DNA of 46,707 bases from an uncultured Acidimicrobiaceae bacterium (GCA_903904615.1 CAIVDG010000242.1:1-46707), one strand, 5' to 3'. Numbered from the stretch's first letter, positions 16,778 to 27,607 are shown. Notes: generated by a model not told the origin, from the sequence alone. Program-made: numbers and translations.

Positions 16778-18538
16778 ATGCTTCGTCTCTCCCACCTCTT
16801 CGTTCGTACCCTTCGCGATGACCCCTCCGACGCTGAGGTTCCCTCCCATCGTCTCCTTGTCCGTGCGGGCTACATCCGCCGTGCCGCCCCAGGCGGGTAC
16901 ACCTGGCTTCCACTCGGATGGCGAGTGTTGCGCAAGGTGGAAAACATTGTTCGCGAAGAGATGGACGCCATCGGAGCACAAGAAGTTCACTTCCCTGCCC
17001 TGCTCCCTAGAGACGTCTACGAAACCACAGGACGCTGGTCCGAATACGGAGACAACCTCTTTCGCCTAGTGGACCGCAAAGGCGCCGATTACTTACTTGG
17101 GCCGACGCACGAAGAGATGTTCACGCTTCTGGTGAAAGACCTGTACTCCAGCTACAAGGACCTCCCCGTATCGCTGTACCAAATTCAAACGAAGTATCGC
17201 GACGAAGCGCGACCCCGCGCAGGTCTATTGCGCGGACGCGAGTTCTTAATGAAAGACAGCTACTCGTTCGACATTGACGAAGCCGGTCTTGCGAAGAGTT
17301 ACAACGATCACCGCGATGCATACGAGCGCATCTTCACCCGACTCGGTTTGCCGTACGTCATTGTGAAAGCAATGAGCGGCGCTATGGGCGGCTCTATGAG
17401 CGAAGAGTTCTTAGCACCCATTGAAGTTGGTGAAGACACATTTGTTCGTTGCACATCGTGTGACTACGCAGCAAACACGGAAGCTGTCACCACAGGTGCA
17501 CTCGCAGCAGATTCATCTGAACACCCCGCAACGTCAACGGTGTCTACACCAAACTGTCCCACCATTGCATCACTCGTTGAGTATCTGAATACCAATGTTC
17601 CGCGTACCGATCGCACATGGAGCGCATCAGACACACTGAAGAACGTGGTGCTCACACTTCGCAACCCCGATGGCACGACATCGCCTCTCGTTGTTGGCGT
17701 GCCCGGAGACCGCGAAGTGGACATTAAGCGCATTGAAGCACAAGTATCACCAGCCGAAGTTGAACCAATGGACGACGCAACGTTCGCAAAGCACCCTGGC
17801 CTTGTGCGCGGATACATCGGACCACAGGTCCTTGGCGCAGAGAGCACCACAGGAATTCGCTACATGCTCGACCCATCTGTTGTTCCTGGCAGTGCATGGG
17901 TTACTGGCGCCAACCAAAAAGATACGCACGTTCTTCACTTGGTGAACGGGCGCGACTTCACTGCTGACGGAACCATTGAAGCTGTTGAAGTTGCCGCTGG
18001 AGACCCGTGCCCGAACTGTGGCAAGTCTTTAGAAATTGCACGTGGAATTGAGATTGGACACGTGTTCCAGTTAGGTCGCAAGTACGCCGACAAACTTGGT
18101 CTTACTGTGCTTGATCAGAATGGCAAGCAAGTTGTTGTCACCATGGGTTCGTACGGAGTCGGCGTGTCGCGCGCCGTTGCCTCTATCGCCGAAGCTTTCC
18201 ACGATGACATTGGCCTGAAGTGGCCACGCGCCATCTCGCCTGTAGACGTTCACATTGTTGTCACCGGCAAGAATGGCGACGACATCACAGTTGCTGGTGA
18301 GCAATTGGCGAAAGATCTTGAAGCTCAGGGGCTCGACGTCATTCTGGACGACCGCAACGGCGTATCGCCTGGCGTGAAGTTCAAAGACGCTGAACTGATG
18401 GGCATCCCCACCATCGTTGTTGTGGGTAAATCACTGGCAGACGGAAACGTTGAAGTGCGTGATCGTCATGCCGGAACAAACGAGGCAATTCCTGTTGCAT
18501 CTGCAGTGCAACATGTTGTCTCATTGGTGCGGAGCTAG
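16778..18538 (+). CDS. proS: Proline--tRNA ligase (bacterial type with INS editing domain)
   Basis: [35 protein letters not shown]..., class II motifs ([35 protein letters not shown]) and a C-terminal anticodon-binding domain; 586 aa. TAAGGT (16763-16768) lies 9 nt before the ATG. Confidence 0.95.
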   Translation: MLRLSHLFVRTLRDDPSDAEVPSHRLLVRAGYIRRAAPGGYTWLPLGWRVLRKVENIVREEMDAIGAQEVHFPALLPRDVYETTGRWSEYGDNLFRLVDRKGADYLLGPTHEEMFTLLVKDLYSSYKDLPVSLYQIQTKYRDEARPRAGLLRGREFLMKDSYSFDIDEAGLAKSYNDHRDAYERIFTRLGLPYVIVKAMSGAMGGSMSEEFLAPIEVGEDTFVRCTSCDYAANTEAVTTGALAADSSEHPATSTVSTPNCPTIASLVEYLNTNVPRTDRTWSASDTLKNVVLTLRNPDGTTSPLVVGVPGDREVDIKRIEAQVSPAEVEPMDDATFAKHPGLVRGYIGPQVLGAESTTGIRYMLDPSVVPGSAWVTGANQKDTHVLHLVNGRDFTADGTIEAVEVAAGDPCPNCGKSLEIARGIEIGHVFQLGRKYADKLGLTVLDQNGKQVVVTMGSYGVGVSRAVASIAEAFHDDIGLKWPRAISPVDVHIVVTGKNGDDITVAGEQLAKDLEAQGLDVILDDRNGVSPGVKFKDAELMGIPTIVVVGKSLADGNVEVRDRHAGTNEAIPVASAVQHVVSLVRS

Positions 18539-18541
18539 CCC

Positions 18542-19564
18542 ATGACACCTCGGCGCATCGTTGGTGTCGAGAAGAACTACGACTGGGGTGACGAGATCAC
18601 CATTCGCCACCATCTCGGTGCGCCGTCTACTCCTGGTACCAAAGTTGCAGAATTGTGGTTCGGCACGCATCCGCAAGGGTCGTCTCGAGTGGGACCTCAA
18701 TTGGGAATACCCCTCAGCGATGTCACAGGCGAGATGACCATGCTGGTGAAACTCATTGCCTGCGCGCAACCGCTGTCTCTCCAAACTCATCCCACAAAGG
18801 AACAAGCACGCGAGGGTTTTGCTCATGAAGAAGCCGCGGGAATTCCCCGCGATGCACCACACCGCATGTACCGCGATGAATCCGACAAGCCAGAGATGAT
18901 CGTTGCAATTTCTAAATTCGAAGCTCTCTGTGGTTTTGCATCAATTGATCATTCTGTTGAGTTACTGAAGTCAATGGGTTGGACCACCGAAGCCGACACG
19001 TTGTCAGCAGAAGGCATTGCCTCGTACTTGGCATGGTCATTTGGACAAGTCGACATTCCGTCCATGTCACATGCCCCCGAATGGTTGCGCCGTATCGCAC
19101 ATCTCTACCCCACCGACCGTGCACTTCGAATCGCACCGTTGTTGAATCATGTTGTGCTTGAGCCAGGCCAGGCATTGTCGCTTCCCGCTGGCAATTTGCA
19201 CGCGTATTTGCACGGCTTTGGATTGGAAGTTATGAACTCATCAGACAATGTCATTCGTGCAGGATTCACAACAAAGCACGTAGACGTCAACGAGTTCCTC
19301 AGAATTGTAGACACCCACCAGTTATCGAATCCCGTCGTTGAAGTAACGATGGACGGAACATACCCATCTCCCTCCCCCAGTTTCACAGTGGGAAATACTG
19401 AGACCATCAATCGACATCCCGACTGTCACCGAGTTGTGTATGGAGAGCTGGGCGATTGGGATCACTCTGGATTCAGTATTCGCCACCCTGAAGTGGTGCT
19501 TGTTGAAGCCGGTACGCACGCAGAGTTTTCCAGCGCGTCACTCATTGTGTGCACACAGCACTAG
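18542..19564 (+). CDS. manA: Mannose-6-phosphate isomerase, class I
   Basis: KNYDWGD, LWFGTHPQGSS, LSLQTHPTKEQA, PEMIVAISKFEALCGF and GNLHAYLHGFGLEVMNSSDNVIRAGFT are the PMI type I motifs. Confidence 0.85.
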   Translation: MTPRRIVGVEKNYDWGDEITIRHHLGAPSTPGTKVAELWFGTHPQGSSRVGPQLGIPLSDVTGEMTMLVKLIACAQPLSLQTHPTKEQAREGFAHEEAAGIPRDAPHRMYRDESDKPEMIVAISKFEALCGFASIDHSVELLKSMGWTTEADTLSAEGIASYLAWSFGQVDIPSMSHAPEWLRRIAHLYPTDRALRIAPLLNHVVLEPGQALSLPAGNLHAYLHGFGLEVMNSSDNVIRAGFTTKHVDVNEFLRIVDTHQLSNPVVEVTMDGTYPSPSPSFTVGNTETINRHPDCHRVVYGELGDWDHSGFSIRHPEVVLVEAGTHAEFSSASLIVCTQH

Positions 19565-20772
19565 TCCGAAACGGTCTTGCGAATCTCCAAAATTTTTGAG
19601 CCTGCGTCATTCGCATCGGCTCCCTTTTCGTCTAACAACTGCGAACGATCTCGCGCTGCTTCACGTTCGGCCAGTTTGGTGTCAGCTCGGGCAATAGCGG
19701 CATCGGTTCCGTGTTCGTGGATGAACTCGGCCCACTCAACAAGCGCTTCCACCATTTCGCTCTCAGGAACAACTGCAACGTTGCGGCCCTTCACAAACAA
19801 ATGACCACGCTTGTTACCCGCGGCGATTCCTAGGTCTGCTTCGCGCGCTTCACCTGGTCCGTTCACCACGCAACCCATGACCGCAATTTGCAACGGAAGT
19901 TTCTTGTCTTCAAAAGCTTTCATTGCGCGATTAGCAACGTCGATGACATCGATTTCCGCACGGCCACAACTTGGGCACGCAATGAGGTCAACGTTCTTTC
20001 GTTCGCGAAGACCAAGCGCCTCCAACAACTGACGACCCGCCCGTGCTTCTTCCACGGGGTCGGCAGTGAGGCTGTAGCGAATGGTGTCGCCAATGCCTTC
20101 TAACAACAACGTAGAAATGCCTGCAGTTGCCTTCACCAAACCTGCGGGTGGCGGACCAGCTTCTGTAACGCCGAGGTGAAGCGGATACTTCACAGCGTCT
20201 GCCAACAAGCGATACGCATCAACCATAAGTGGCACGTTGCTGGCTTTCACAGAAATCTTGATGAGATCAAAATCGACTTCATTGAAATATGCAATTTCCT
20301 GTAGCGCAGACTCCACCATTGCGGCCGCCGTGAGACCACCGTGCTTTTCATACAACGAAGGGTCGAGCGAACCGCCATTCACTCCGATTCGAATGGGCAA
20401 ACCACGATCGCGGGCTTCAGATGCCACGGCCTTGATGTGCTCGGGCTTACGAATGTTGCCGGGGTTGAGACGAAGTCCGTGCACGCCGGCTTCCATTGCT
20501 GCCAATGCCATCTTGTACTGATGATGAATGTCGGCGATGATGGGAATTGGCGAGCGCGGAACAATTTGCGCAAGCCCTTCTGCTGCCTCTTGTTCGTTGC
20601 ATGTACACCGCACAATGTCGCAACCCGCTGCAGCAAGCGCGTAGATCTGCTGAAGAGTGCCTTCAACGTCTGCAGTTTTGGTGGTGGTCATGGACTGAAC
20701 AGTGATGGGCGACCCACCACCAACGGGAACCTTGCCTACCGAGATCTGCTGAGTGTGACGACGTTCGTACAT
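19561..20772 (-). CDS. ispG: 4-hydroxy-3-methylbut-2-en-1-yl diphosphate synthase (flavodoxin)
   Basis: RRHTQQISVGKVPVGGGSPITVQSMTTTKT..., the [4Fe-4S] cysteines (ACPSCGR...GCVVNGPGE) and an actinobacterial C-terminal tail. Confidence 0.95.
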   Translation of the reverse strand: MYERRHTQQISVGKVPVGGGSPITVQSMTTTKTADVEGTLQQIYALAAAGCDIVRCTCNEQEAAEGLAQIVPRSPIPIIADIHHQYKMALAAMEAGVHGLRLNPGNIRKPEHIKAVASEARDRGLPIRIGVNGGSLDPSLYEKHGGLTAAAMVESALQEIAYFNEVDFDLIKISVKASNVPLMVDAYRLLADAVKYPLHLGVTEAGPPPAGLVKATAGISTLLLEGIGDTIRYSLTADPVEEARAGRQLLEALGLRERKNVDLIACPSCGRAEIDVIDVANRAMKAFEDKKLPLQIAVMGCVVNGPGEAREADLGIAAGNKRGHLFVKGRNVAVVPESEMVEALVEWAEFIHEHGTDAAIARADTKLAEREAARDRSQLLDEKGADANDAGSKILEIRKTVSD

Positions 20773-20803
20773 TGGTTATCAGTGTGTCACTTTTTCGCCC
20801 GGT

Positions 20804-22051
20804 TCACCCGAGTGGCTGTGTGATGTCCAACCACAGGCCCGTGATGAGAAGCAGCCCCAGAAGCCCCACCACCACAGTGGCCACGGGCACCATCTTGTTG
20901 ATGTCGGCGTGATATTTCACGCCCTTCCGTGAACGGATGCGTTCGTATGTAGCAATGGCTGCATGTCCACCGTCAAATGGAAGCAACGGAAACATGTTGA
21001 AGATGCCCACAAAGACATTCACGCTGGCCAGGAGCAGCAAGATGCCCTTCAGGCCATCTGACTCGCCGATGGTGCCACCCACTTGGCTGACACCCACAAC
21101 AGTGGTGGGGCGAGTCTCAAGCGACTCATCTTCACCTGTGAGATGACGAATGGAGTTCATGGGATTCATTGCAGTGACCACTCCGCGAACAGAACCAGCA
21201 ACCGTGTCTCCGATATCGGCAACTGCGCGTCCTGCCGCCGCTATGGGATTGAGCTGTTTCCATCCCCAATCGTCAGCCCACACACCGAGATATGCGCGGT
21301 CGGCTTCTGCCGGATGTTGACCCAACGTGATTCTGGCCGTTTCAATTGGCTGTTCATCGCGCTGGTACGTGACAACCACTTCATCGCCGGGTGCATGTGA
21401 CGTGATGGCGACGACGACACTGTCGTAGTCAGTCACTTTCTGATCATCGATAGCCAAAACTTTGTCGCCAATACGCAAACCTGCAATTGCTGCTGGCCCC
21501 ACTTCAGTATCGAGGCCACGAATTGATGCGGTTCCCGTGGGCTGTTCTCGACCTGCGGTTGCGTACACACCAAAGAAGAGAACAAACGCAATGATCATGT
21601 GCATCAGCGAACCAGCCGTGATGACCAACATTCGTTTCGGATACGACTGCGAGCGATATGCGCGCGGTTCATCTTCGGGTTCAACCTCGTCGATGTTGTT
21701 CATTCCGACAATTCGAACAAAAGCACCAAGTGGAAGTGCGCGCACTCCGTACTCCACTTCACCTTTTGTACGACTCCACACGCGCGGACCAAAGCCCATA
21801 AAGAATTGTGTTGCCTTCATGCCGGTCCAGCGGGCCGTGGAGAAATGTCCGACTTCGTGAAGAAATACAGAGACAAGCAATCCAACAACGAAAACGAAAG
21901 TCCAGATGTTGGAGAACGCCAACCACACCAGTAGCCCCAGCATGACGAGCCCGGTTAATGCACCAGAACGCGTCGCTTGTGGATCTTCCGTTTCTTCAAC
22001 GGCTCCACCGGCAGCCATTTCTGCTCGGAAGCGATGATAAAAGTTGCTCAT
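20804..22051 (-). CDS. rseP: Site-2 (RIP) zinc metalloprotease, M50 family with PDZ domain (RseP/Rip1)
   Basis: HEVGHF zinc motif, central PDZ (AAIAGLRIGDKVLAIDDQKV), C-terminal NMFPLLPFDGGH. The ATG overlaps the dxr stop (ATGA). Confidence 0.9.
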   Translation of the reverse strand: MSNFYHRFRAEMAAGGAVEETEDPQATRSGALTGLVMLGLLVWLAFSNIWTFVFVVGLLVSVFLHEVGHFSTARWTGMKATQFFMGFGPRVWSRTKGEVEYGVRALPLGAFVRIVGMNNIDEVEPEDEPRAYRSQSYPKRMLVITAGSLMHMIIAFVLFFGVYATAGREQPTGTASIRGLDTEVGPAAIAGLRIGDKVLAIDDQKVTDYDSVVVAITSHAPGDEVVVTYQRDEQPIETARITLGQHPAEADRAYLGVWADDWGWKQLNPIAAAGRAVADIGDTVAGSVRGVVTAMNPMNSIRHLTGEDESLETRPTTVVGVSQVGGTIGESDGLKGILLLLASVNVFVGIFNMFPLLPFDGGHAAIATYERIRSRKGVKYHADINKMVPVATVVVGLLGLLLITGLWLDITQPLG

Positions 22052-23190
22052 CGTGATAGTTCCTCCTGGGCCAATGCACGCCCTTCACTGTCGGCAGCCA
22101 ACACATCGTCAACTGACGTTGGTGTAGTGGCGATAAATGTGTTCAACACGTTTTCGAGATACTGCGCGATAGCAGACCACTTCATGCGACCTGCAAGAAA
22201 CGCTTCGACGATGACTTCATTGGCGGCAGAGAGAGCCGCAGGTGCTGTGCCACCGAGACGGCCTGCTGCATACGCAAGGTCGAGGCAGCGAAATGTGTCC
22301 CGGTCTGGTGCTTCAAAATCGAGTCGCGACAACGTGTTCCAGTCGATTCGACCAAACGGAGTAGAGATGCGTTGGGGGTAACCCAGTGCGTATCCGATGG
22401 GGAGACGCATGTCTGGCATAGACAACTGCGCAATGGTGGAGCCATCGGTGAATTCGACCATTGAGTGCACAACCGATTGTGGATGCACCACAACATCGAT
22501 GTTGTCGTAGGAGGTCCCGTACAGTTCGTGTGCCTCAATAACTTCAAGACCCTTGTTCATGAGAGTTGATGAGTCGATAGTGATCTTGGGACCCATTTTC
22601 CATGTGGGGTGATTCAAGGCTTCGTCAACCGTGACTGACTGCAACGACTCGGCCGAACGACCACGAAAAGGGCCGCCACTTGCGGTGAGGACAAGACGAG
22701 CCACTTCCGTGCCCGTGTTATACGACGAACGAAGACACTGATGCAATGCGCAATGCTCGCTGTCGACGGGGACGAGCTGTGCACCCGGAGTTACTCGCAA
22801 AGGCTGCACGAGTGGACCCGCTGCAATAAGACTTTCTTTGTTAGCGAGCCCGAGTGTTTTGCCTGCGCGAAGAGTTTCGAGCGTGACTGCCAACCCCGCG
22901 AATCCGACAACACCATTGATGACAACATCGGCGACATCGACAACGTCGGACAACGCGCCGGTCACGGTGATTCCGGGCAACGCATCGGCAACTTTGGCGC
23001 GACATTTGTCGTCGGCCACTACGACTAGTTCTGGTCGAAGTTTGCGTGCTTGTTCAATAACAACATCTGCCGACGACCCCACTGCAAGGGCGGATACGAC
23101 GTACTTTTCTGGCTCCGCCAAGACCACATCGATTGTTTGCACACCAATAGACCCTGAAGATCCGGCAATGGCAACACGCTTCTGAGTCAC
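22048..23190 (-). CDS. dxr: 1-deoxy-D-xylulose 5-phosphate reductoisomerase
   Basis: VAIAGSSGSIGVQTIDV NADPH-binding site, LANKESLIAAG, PVDSEHCALHQC, NKGLEVIEAHELY. GTG start at 23190. Confidence 0.95.
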   Translation of the reverse strand: MTQKRVAIAGSSGSIGVQTIDVVLAEPEKYVVSALAVGSSADVVIEQARKLRPELVVVADDKCRAKVADALPGITVTGALSDVVDVADVVINGVVGFAGLAVTLETLRAGKTLGLANKESLIAAGPLVQPLRVTPGAQLVPVDSEHCALHQCLRSSYNTGTEVARLVLTASGGPFRGRSAESLQSVTVDEALNHPTWKMGPKITIDSSTLMNKGLEVIEAHELYGTSYDNIDVVVHPQSVVHSMVEFTDGSTIAQLSMPDMRLPIGYALGYPQRISTPFGRIDWNTLSRLDFEAPDRDTFRCLDLAYAAGRLGGTAPAALSAANEVIVEAFLAGRMKWSAIAQYLENVLNTFIATTPTSVDDVLAADSEGRALAQEELSR

Positions 23191-23242
23191 GGCGTCAGTC
23201 TGTCAGTGTTATGTGTCAAAGGGGCGTCGTAACGCCTGTGAC

Positions 23243-24499
23243 CTAGACCCAGGGCTGAAGAACCAGCATGAGGTAGTAGGTGGCAGGCAGTGCAAACAAG
23301 AAACCGTCGAAGCGATCAAGCACTCCACCATGTCCGGCCACGATGGTGCCGAAGTCTTTTACGTCCAAGTTGCGCTTGAACATTGATTCCACCAAGTCAC
23401 CAAGAGGTGCCATCACAGCAACAACAAGGCCGAGTGCAATCCACTCACCCATTGAGTTCCATGTGCCGTTCTGCGAACCAAAGATGACGAGCGCGATGAT
23501 GCTCGCGAGTCCGCCACCAATTGCGCCTTCCACAGTCTTGTTAGGGCTGACCCATTCACGAAGCGGGGTGCGACCAACTGATGCACCAACAAAGAGTGCA
23601 CCGATGTCGTTTGCGATGACTGCAACAACAACCATGAACAGTGTGTCTGTGCCCACATGCGCACCGACTCCGTTCACTGAGTAACGAAGCATGAGAGCTG
23701 CAAATGAACCCATGAGGCCAATCCAGATCATTGCCATTGTGGTGATGGCCACGTTTGGCATTGGACCGCTTTGCACACTTGATGCGCCAAGGAATCCAAT
23801 AGAAATTGCGAGGAATCCGAATGCAAACACCAGCGGCAATGCTTCGTCACCAATCCAGTACGCAGCAAGTGGTGCGGCCACACATGTAATGAGACCAGCA
23901 AATGTTGCAGGGCGATAACCCTTTTCGGTGACCTTGCTGAAGAACTCGACAGCGGCGAGTCCGACAACTGCGAGAACAATGAGCATGACTGCAGCAGGTC
24001 GCCACATGATGGCGCCGATGAATGCTGCAAGAAGTATGAGTGCCGTGGTGACAGCAGTTGGCATGTCTCGGCCAATGCCGCCGGTGCGTGGTCCGCGTGG
24101 TCCCACTCGACGAACAGGTTGTGGTCGGCCACCGCGAGGAACGCCACCCGTGATGTCACGCGATGGGTCGCGGTCGTAACCACCTGTGATGTCACGCGAT
24201 GGACGAGGACGATCACCGGTTGGGTCGGTACCGATGGTGAGACGTTCGGGGCGACGTGATGATTCGCTTGGCTCAGAGAATGCACCCCACACATCGTCTT
24301 CATCTTCAAGCGCAGGAATTTCACCTGTTGCTGGTTCGGTCCAATGCGGCAGATTGCCTGTGTCGCCACCACCAAAGCTGAGCGCTGGCTCTGCTGTTGG
24401 ATCGTCAGCGAACTGAACGGTTCCGAAGTCGGAACCAAAGTCAGTGCCGTACGAGTCGTCGTTGGTGTCGTCTTTGCGGCGCCAAATGTCGTCACTCAT
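23243..24499 (-). CDS. cdsA: Phosphatidate cytidylyltransferase with ~150-aa disordered N-terminal extension
   Basis: C-terminal signature SMFKRNLDVKDFGTIVAGHGGVLDRFDGFLFALP and 8 or so TM helices. N-terminal acidic/Arg-rich region with LPHWTEPATGEIP. Start set to ATG 24499, preceded by AAGGGGAG. The track TTG 24529 lies 10 codons upstream. Confidence 0.85.
   Translation of the reverse strand: MSDDIWRRKDDTNDDSYGTDFGSDFGTVQFADDPTAEPALSFGGGDTGNLPHWTEPATGEIPALEDEDDVWGAFSEPSESSRRPERLTIGTDPTGDRPRPSRDITGGYDRDPSRDITGGVPRGGRPQPVRRVGPRGPRTGGIGRDMPTAVTTALILLAAFIGAIMWRPAAVMLIVLAVVGLAAVEFFSKVTEKGYRPATFAGLITCVAAPLAAYWIGDEALPLVFAFGFLAISIGFLGASSVQSGPMPNVAITTMAMIWIGLMGSFAALMLRYSVNGVGAHVGTDTLFMVVVAVIANDIGALFVGASVGRTPLREWVSPNKTVEGAIGGGLASIIALVIFGSQNGTWNSMGEWIALGLVVAVMAPLGDLVESMFKRNLDVKDFGTIVAGHGGVLDRFDGFLFALPATYYLMLVLQPWV
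24150..24202 (-). repeat. Perfect 17-nt direct repeat, 36-nt period, inside the cdsA N-terminal extension
   Basis: gtgatgtcacgcgatgg occurs at 24150-24166 and again at 24186-24202. It encodes the duplicated peptide PSRDITGG (PSRDITGGYDRD / PSRDITGGVPRG). Confidence 0.85.
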
Positions 24500-24547
24500 G
24501 TTTCTCCCCTTTCGGGTGTCCTGGGACAACCGTAGTTGCCCAAGTTC

Positions 24548-25105
24548 CTATACCTCGAGCAGCTCTTGTTCCTTACGGGCAAAAGCTTTATCGATCTGTT
24601 CAATATGGTCCTGTGTGAACTTGTCGAGGTCTTTCTCGGCGCGTTCTAGGTCGTCTTTTGAGAACTCAGAGTTTTTCTCTGCGGTTTCCAATTGCTTACG
24701 AACATCACGGCGAATATTGCGCACAGCAACACGACCATCTTCGGACATGTTCTTCACAACCTTCACGTATTCCTTACGACGTTCCTCGGTAAGAACAGGA
24801 AAGGACAAACGGATGACCACACCGTCGTTTGATGGCTGAAGGCCAAGGTCGCTCTCGCGAATGGACTTTTCAATGGCGGCCATTGCGCCACGGTCGTGCG
24901 GTTTCACCACCAATGTGCGCGCTTCGGGAACCTGAAAACCCGCGAGCTGCTGAAGAGGCACCGTTGACCCGTAGTACTCCACGGGAAGCTTCTCTACGAG
25001 GGCCGGATTTGCTCGACCAGTTCGCACCGATGAGAACTGCGCCTGGACGTGGGCCACCGCCCGCTCCATCTTGTCGACGGCCTCAAGAAGGGTGTCTTCG
25101 ATCAC
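24548..25105 (-). CDS. frr: Ribosome recycling factor
   Basis: [40 protein letters not shown]..., 185 aa, typical RRF. The GTG start overlaps the pyrH stop (GTGA). Confidence 0.95.
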   Translation of the reverse strand: MIEDTLLEAVDKMERAVAHVQAQFSSVRTGRANPALVEKLPVEYYGSTVPLQQLAGFQVPEARTLVVKPHDRGAMAAIEKSIRESDLGLQPSNDGVVIRLSFPVLTEERRKEYVKVVKNMSEDGRVAVRNIRRDVRKQLETAEKNSEFSKDDLERAEKDLDKFTQDHIEQIDKAFARKEQELLEV

Positions 25106-25827
25106 CCGACCAGCGTACCTACTGGCTCACCCCTGAGAATGGACTTCACGTTGCCCTGTGCCAGCAGATCGAACACCACGATGGGCAACTTCTTGTCCAT
25201 ACAGAAGGTAATTGCGGTTGCATCCATGACCTTCAGGCCTTTAGTGATGACATCCATGTGGCTGATTTGTTCGTACCGCGTGGCGTTCTTGTCCAACTTC
25301 GGGTCGGCGGTGTACACACCGTCGACACCCGAGTGCGTGCCTTTCAAGATGGCTTGCGCCTCTATCTCGGCGGCACGCAAGGCTGCTGCAGTGTCGGTGG
25401 TGAAGAACGGGTTGCCGGTTCCGCCAGCAAGAATGACCACGCGACCTTTTTCCATGTGGCGTTCTGCACGGCGACGAATGTACGGCTCGGCCACCTTCGG
25501 CATTTCAATTGCAGACATGACGCGCGACTGTTGACCAACACGCTCAAGAGCGTCTTGCAACGCCAATCCGTTCATGACGGTGGCAAGCATTCCCATGAAG
25601 TCAGCTTGTGCTTGGTCCATACCTTGGCCAGCACCTTTGAGGCCTCGCCAGAAGTTGCCACCACCAACAACGATTGCAATATCGGTGCCGAGTTCTTCAC
25701 GCGCTTCGCGAACTTCCGTTGCGACTTGCGTTAGAACATTGTTGTCAAGACCAAAACCGCTGGGTTCTGCAAGTGCCTCACCCGAAAGTTTCAGCACTAC
25801 TCGCGACCAGCGGGGTCTTGTTGACAT
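25102..25827 (-). CDS. pyrH: UMP kinase
   Basis: [43 protein letters not shown], and a [15 protein letters not shown]-type motif. Confidence 0.95.
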   Translation of the reverse strand: MSTRPRWSRVVLKLSGEALAEPSGFGLDNNVLTQVATEVREAREELGTDIAIVVGGGNFWRGLKGAGQGMDQAQADFMGMLATVMNGLALQDALERVGQQSRVMSAIEMPKVAEPYIRRRAERHMEKGRVVILAGGTGNPFFTTDTAAALRAAEIEAQAILKGTHSGVDGVYTADPKLDKNATRYEQISHMDVITKGLKVMDATAITFCMDKKLPIVVFDLLAQGNVKSILRGEPVGTLVG

Positions 25828-25828
25828 A

Positions 25829-26617
25829 TCAGCCGATTTCTACCTGTGCGAAGCGAATGATTTTCGCATCGCCAATGAGTTGCTTGATGGAGACCTTGTC
25901 GTCCTTGGCATAGGGCTGCTCGAGGAGACACACGTCTTTGAAGAAACCACCGATGCGGCCATCAACAATTTTTGCAACGGCTTGCTCGGGCTTGCCTTCG
26001 TTGCGTGTAATTGTCTCGAGGGTTTCGCGTTCCTTTGCAACAACATCTGCAGGTACTTCATCTTGAGTGAGGTACTTCGGACGGGCAAACGCGATGTGAA
26101 CAGCAATGTCGTGTGCAAGCTCGGCAGATGCTCCGCTCATTTCAACAATGACACCATTGACTCCGCGACCACCTTGAATGTGCGCATAGGACTCGATGAT
26201 GCTGCCGGCGGCAGCTTCAAAACGAATGGTTTCGCCAACTTCAATCTTCTCCTTCAGAAGAATCTTGAGGTCGTCAATTTGAGTAGTGCGATCGGCAAGA
26301 CCGGCTTCGCCCTTTTCAAGAACAGCCGCTGCCAATGCATCGGCTTCAGCCTTGAAGCTGTCGGAAGATGCAACGAAGTCTGTTTCACACTTCAACTTCA
26401 CAATGGATGCACGTGCGCCGTCGATGATGATGGACACCACTCCTTGCGCGTTGTCGCGATCATCGCGCTTTGCACTTGCGGCAAGGCCCTTTTCACGCAA
26501 CCACTGCTTGGCTGCTTCGATGTCGCCGCCACTTTCTTCAAGTGCCTTCTTGCAATCCATCATTCCGGCACCAGTTGACTGGCGCAGGCTGGATACGTCC
26601 TTAGCTGTGTATGACAT
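25829..26617 (-). CDS. tsf: Elongation factor Ts
   Basis: [40 protein letters not shown]-like N-terminus; 262 aa; lies between rpsB and pyrH. Confidence 0.95.
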   Translation of the reverse strand: MSYTAKDVSSLRQSTGAGMMDCKKALEESGGDIEAAKQWLREKGLAASAKRDDRDNAQGVVSIIIDGARASIVKLKCETDFVASSDSFKAEADALAAAVLEKGEAGLADRTTQIDDLKILLKEKIEVGETIRFEAAAGSIIESYAHIQGGRGVNGVIVEMSGASAELAHDIAVHIAFARPKYLTQDEVPADVVAKERETLETITRNEGKPEQAVAKIVDGRIGGFFKDVCLLEQPYAKDDKVSIKQLIGDAKIIRFAQVEIG

Positions 26618-26622
26618 GAGAA

Positions 26623-27486
26623 TTACTCCGCTGCGGGGGCTTCAGTGGACTTCTGAGCAGCAAGACGAGCTTCGCGCTCGGCCTGAGCAGCAGCGGCTTG
26701 TGCGCGTGCTGCTGATTGCTGTTCAGCAAAAGCTGCTTCTTCTTCTGGAGTGCGAACTGCTGGAGCAGCAGCGGCGGCTGCACCTGCTGGGTTGCGCTTT
26801 TGGTTGATGAAGCGACCTTCGATGACGGCCTCTGCGATAACGCGAGTGAGCAAGTCGTTCGCACGAATTGCGTCGTCATTTCCAGGAATTGGGAACTGAA
26901 TGAGGTCGGGGTCAACGTTTGAGTCAACAACTGCAATGACTGGAATCTTCAGCTTGTTGGCTTCTGTTACCGCAATGTGCTCTTTCATTGTGTCGAGCAC
27001 AAAGATGGCGTCTGGACGACGGCTGAGGTGAGCCATACCCGACAGGTTCTTCTGAAGTTTTTCAAGCTCACGAGTAAGAAGAAGAGCTTCCTTCTTTGGC
27101 ATGGCGTCGAATTCACCCGATGCCTTCATGCGCTCGTATTCCTGCATTTTGCCAACGCGCTTTGAAATGGTTTCAAAGTTGGTGAGCATGCCACCGAGCC
27201 AACGCTCGTTCACGTAGTGCATGCCACACTTTTCTGCGTAGCTACGAATGGGGTCTTGTGCCTGCTTCTTAGTGCCGACGAACAAGATGGTGCCGCCATT
27301 GGCGACAAGGTCACGCACGAATGCGTAAGCAACTTCCACACGCTCGATTGTTTGATCGAGGTTGATGATGTGGATTCCGTTGCGCTCTCCAAAGATGAAC
27401 TGCTTCATCTTTGGGTTCCAACGACGGGTCTGGTGTCCGAAGTGAACTCCAGCCTCGAGCATTTGTCGCATAGAGACGACAGCCAT
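26623..27486 (-). CDS. rpsB: 30S ribosomal protein S2 (with Ala/Glu-rich C-terminal tail)
   Basis: [43 protein letters not shown]. Start ATG 27486 is preceded by AAGGAG. The track extension to 27636 is not S2-like. Confidence 0.95.
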   Translation of the reverse strand: MAVVSMRQMLEAGVHFGHQTRRWNPKMKQFIFGERNGIHIINLDQTIERVEVAYAFVRDLVANGGTILFVGTKKQAQDPIRSYAEKCGMHYVNERWLGGMLTNFETISKRVGKMQEYERMKASGEFDAMPKKEALLLTRELEKLQKNLSGMAHLSRRPDAIFVLDTMKEHIAVTEANKLKIPVIAVVDSNVDPDLIQFPIPGNDDAIRANDLLTRVIAEAVIEGRFINQKRNPAGAAAAAAPAVRTPEEEAAFAEQQSAARAQAAAAQAEREARLAAQKSTEAPAAE

Positions 27487-27607
27487 GATTTTTCTCCTTC
27501 TGCGGTTGTCCACACACCGGTCCGACGCCGAAGCGACCGCAGGTGGCCGGTGTGCATGATGTGTTGTGGCCACACGAAGCGAAGTGCTTCGAAGGGCCTC
27601 GGAAACT
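27487..27607 (-). promoter_or_regulatory. Structured rpsB 5' leader (candidate S2 autoregulatory element)
   Basis: An 8-bp stem pairs 27513-27520 (cacaccgg) with 27547-27554 (ccggtgtg). Its 26-nt loop contains ccgcag (27537-27542), complementary to ctgcgg (27500-27505), which lies directly beside the SD (27493-27498). There is also a 10-bp palindrome TGTGGCCACA (27565-27574) and a GAAGC/GCTTC hairpin (27576-27590). Confidence 0.35.

Noticed and set aside
23223-23236. Small hairpin GGCGT-CGTA-ACGCC between cdsA and dxr
   Set aside because: It is a 5-bp stem with no convincing U-tract on the coding strand. This is insufficient for a terminator or regulatory call.
24829-26578. Two long + strand ORFs (301 and 334 aa) antisense to frr, pyrH and tsf
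   Set aside because: They overlap three unambiguous housekeeping genes. They have no motifs, odd composition and alternative start codons. They are shadow ORFs.
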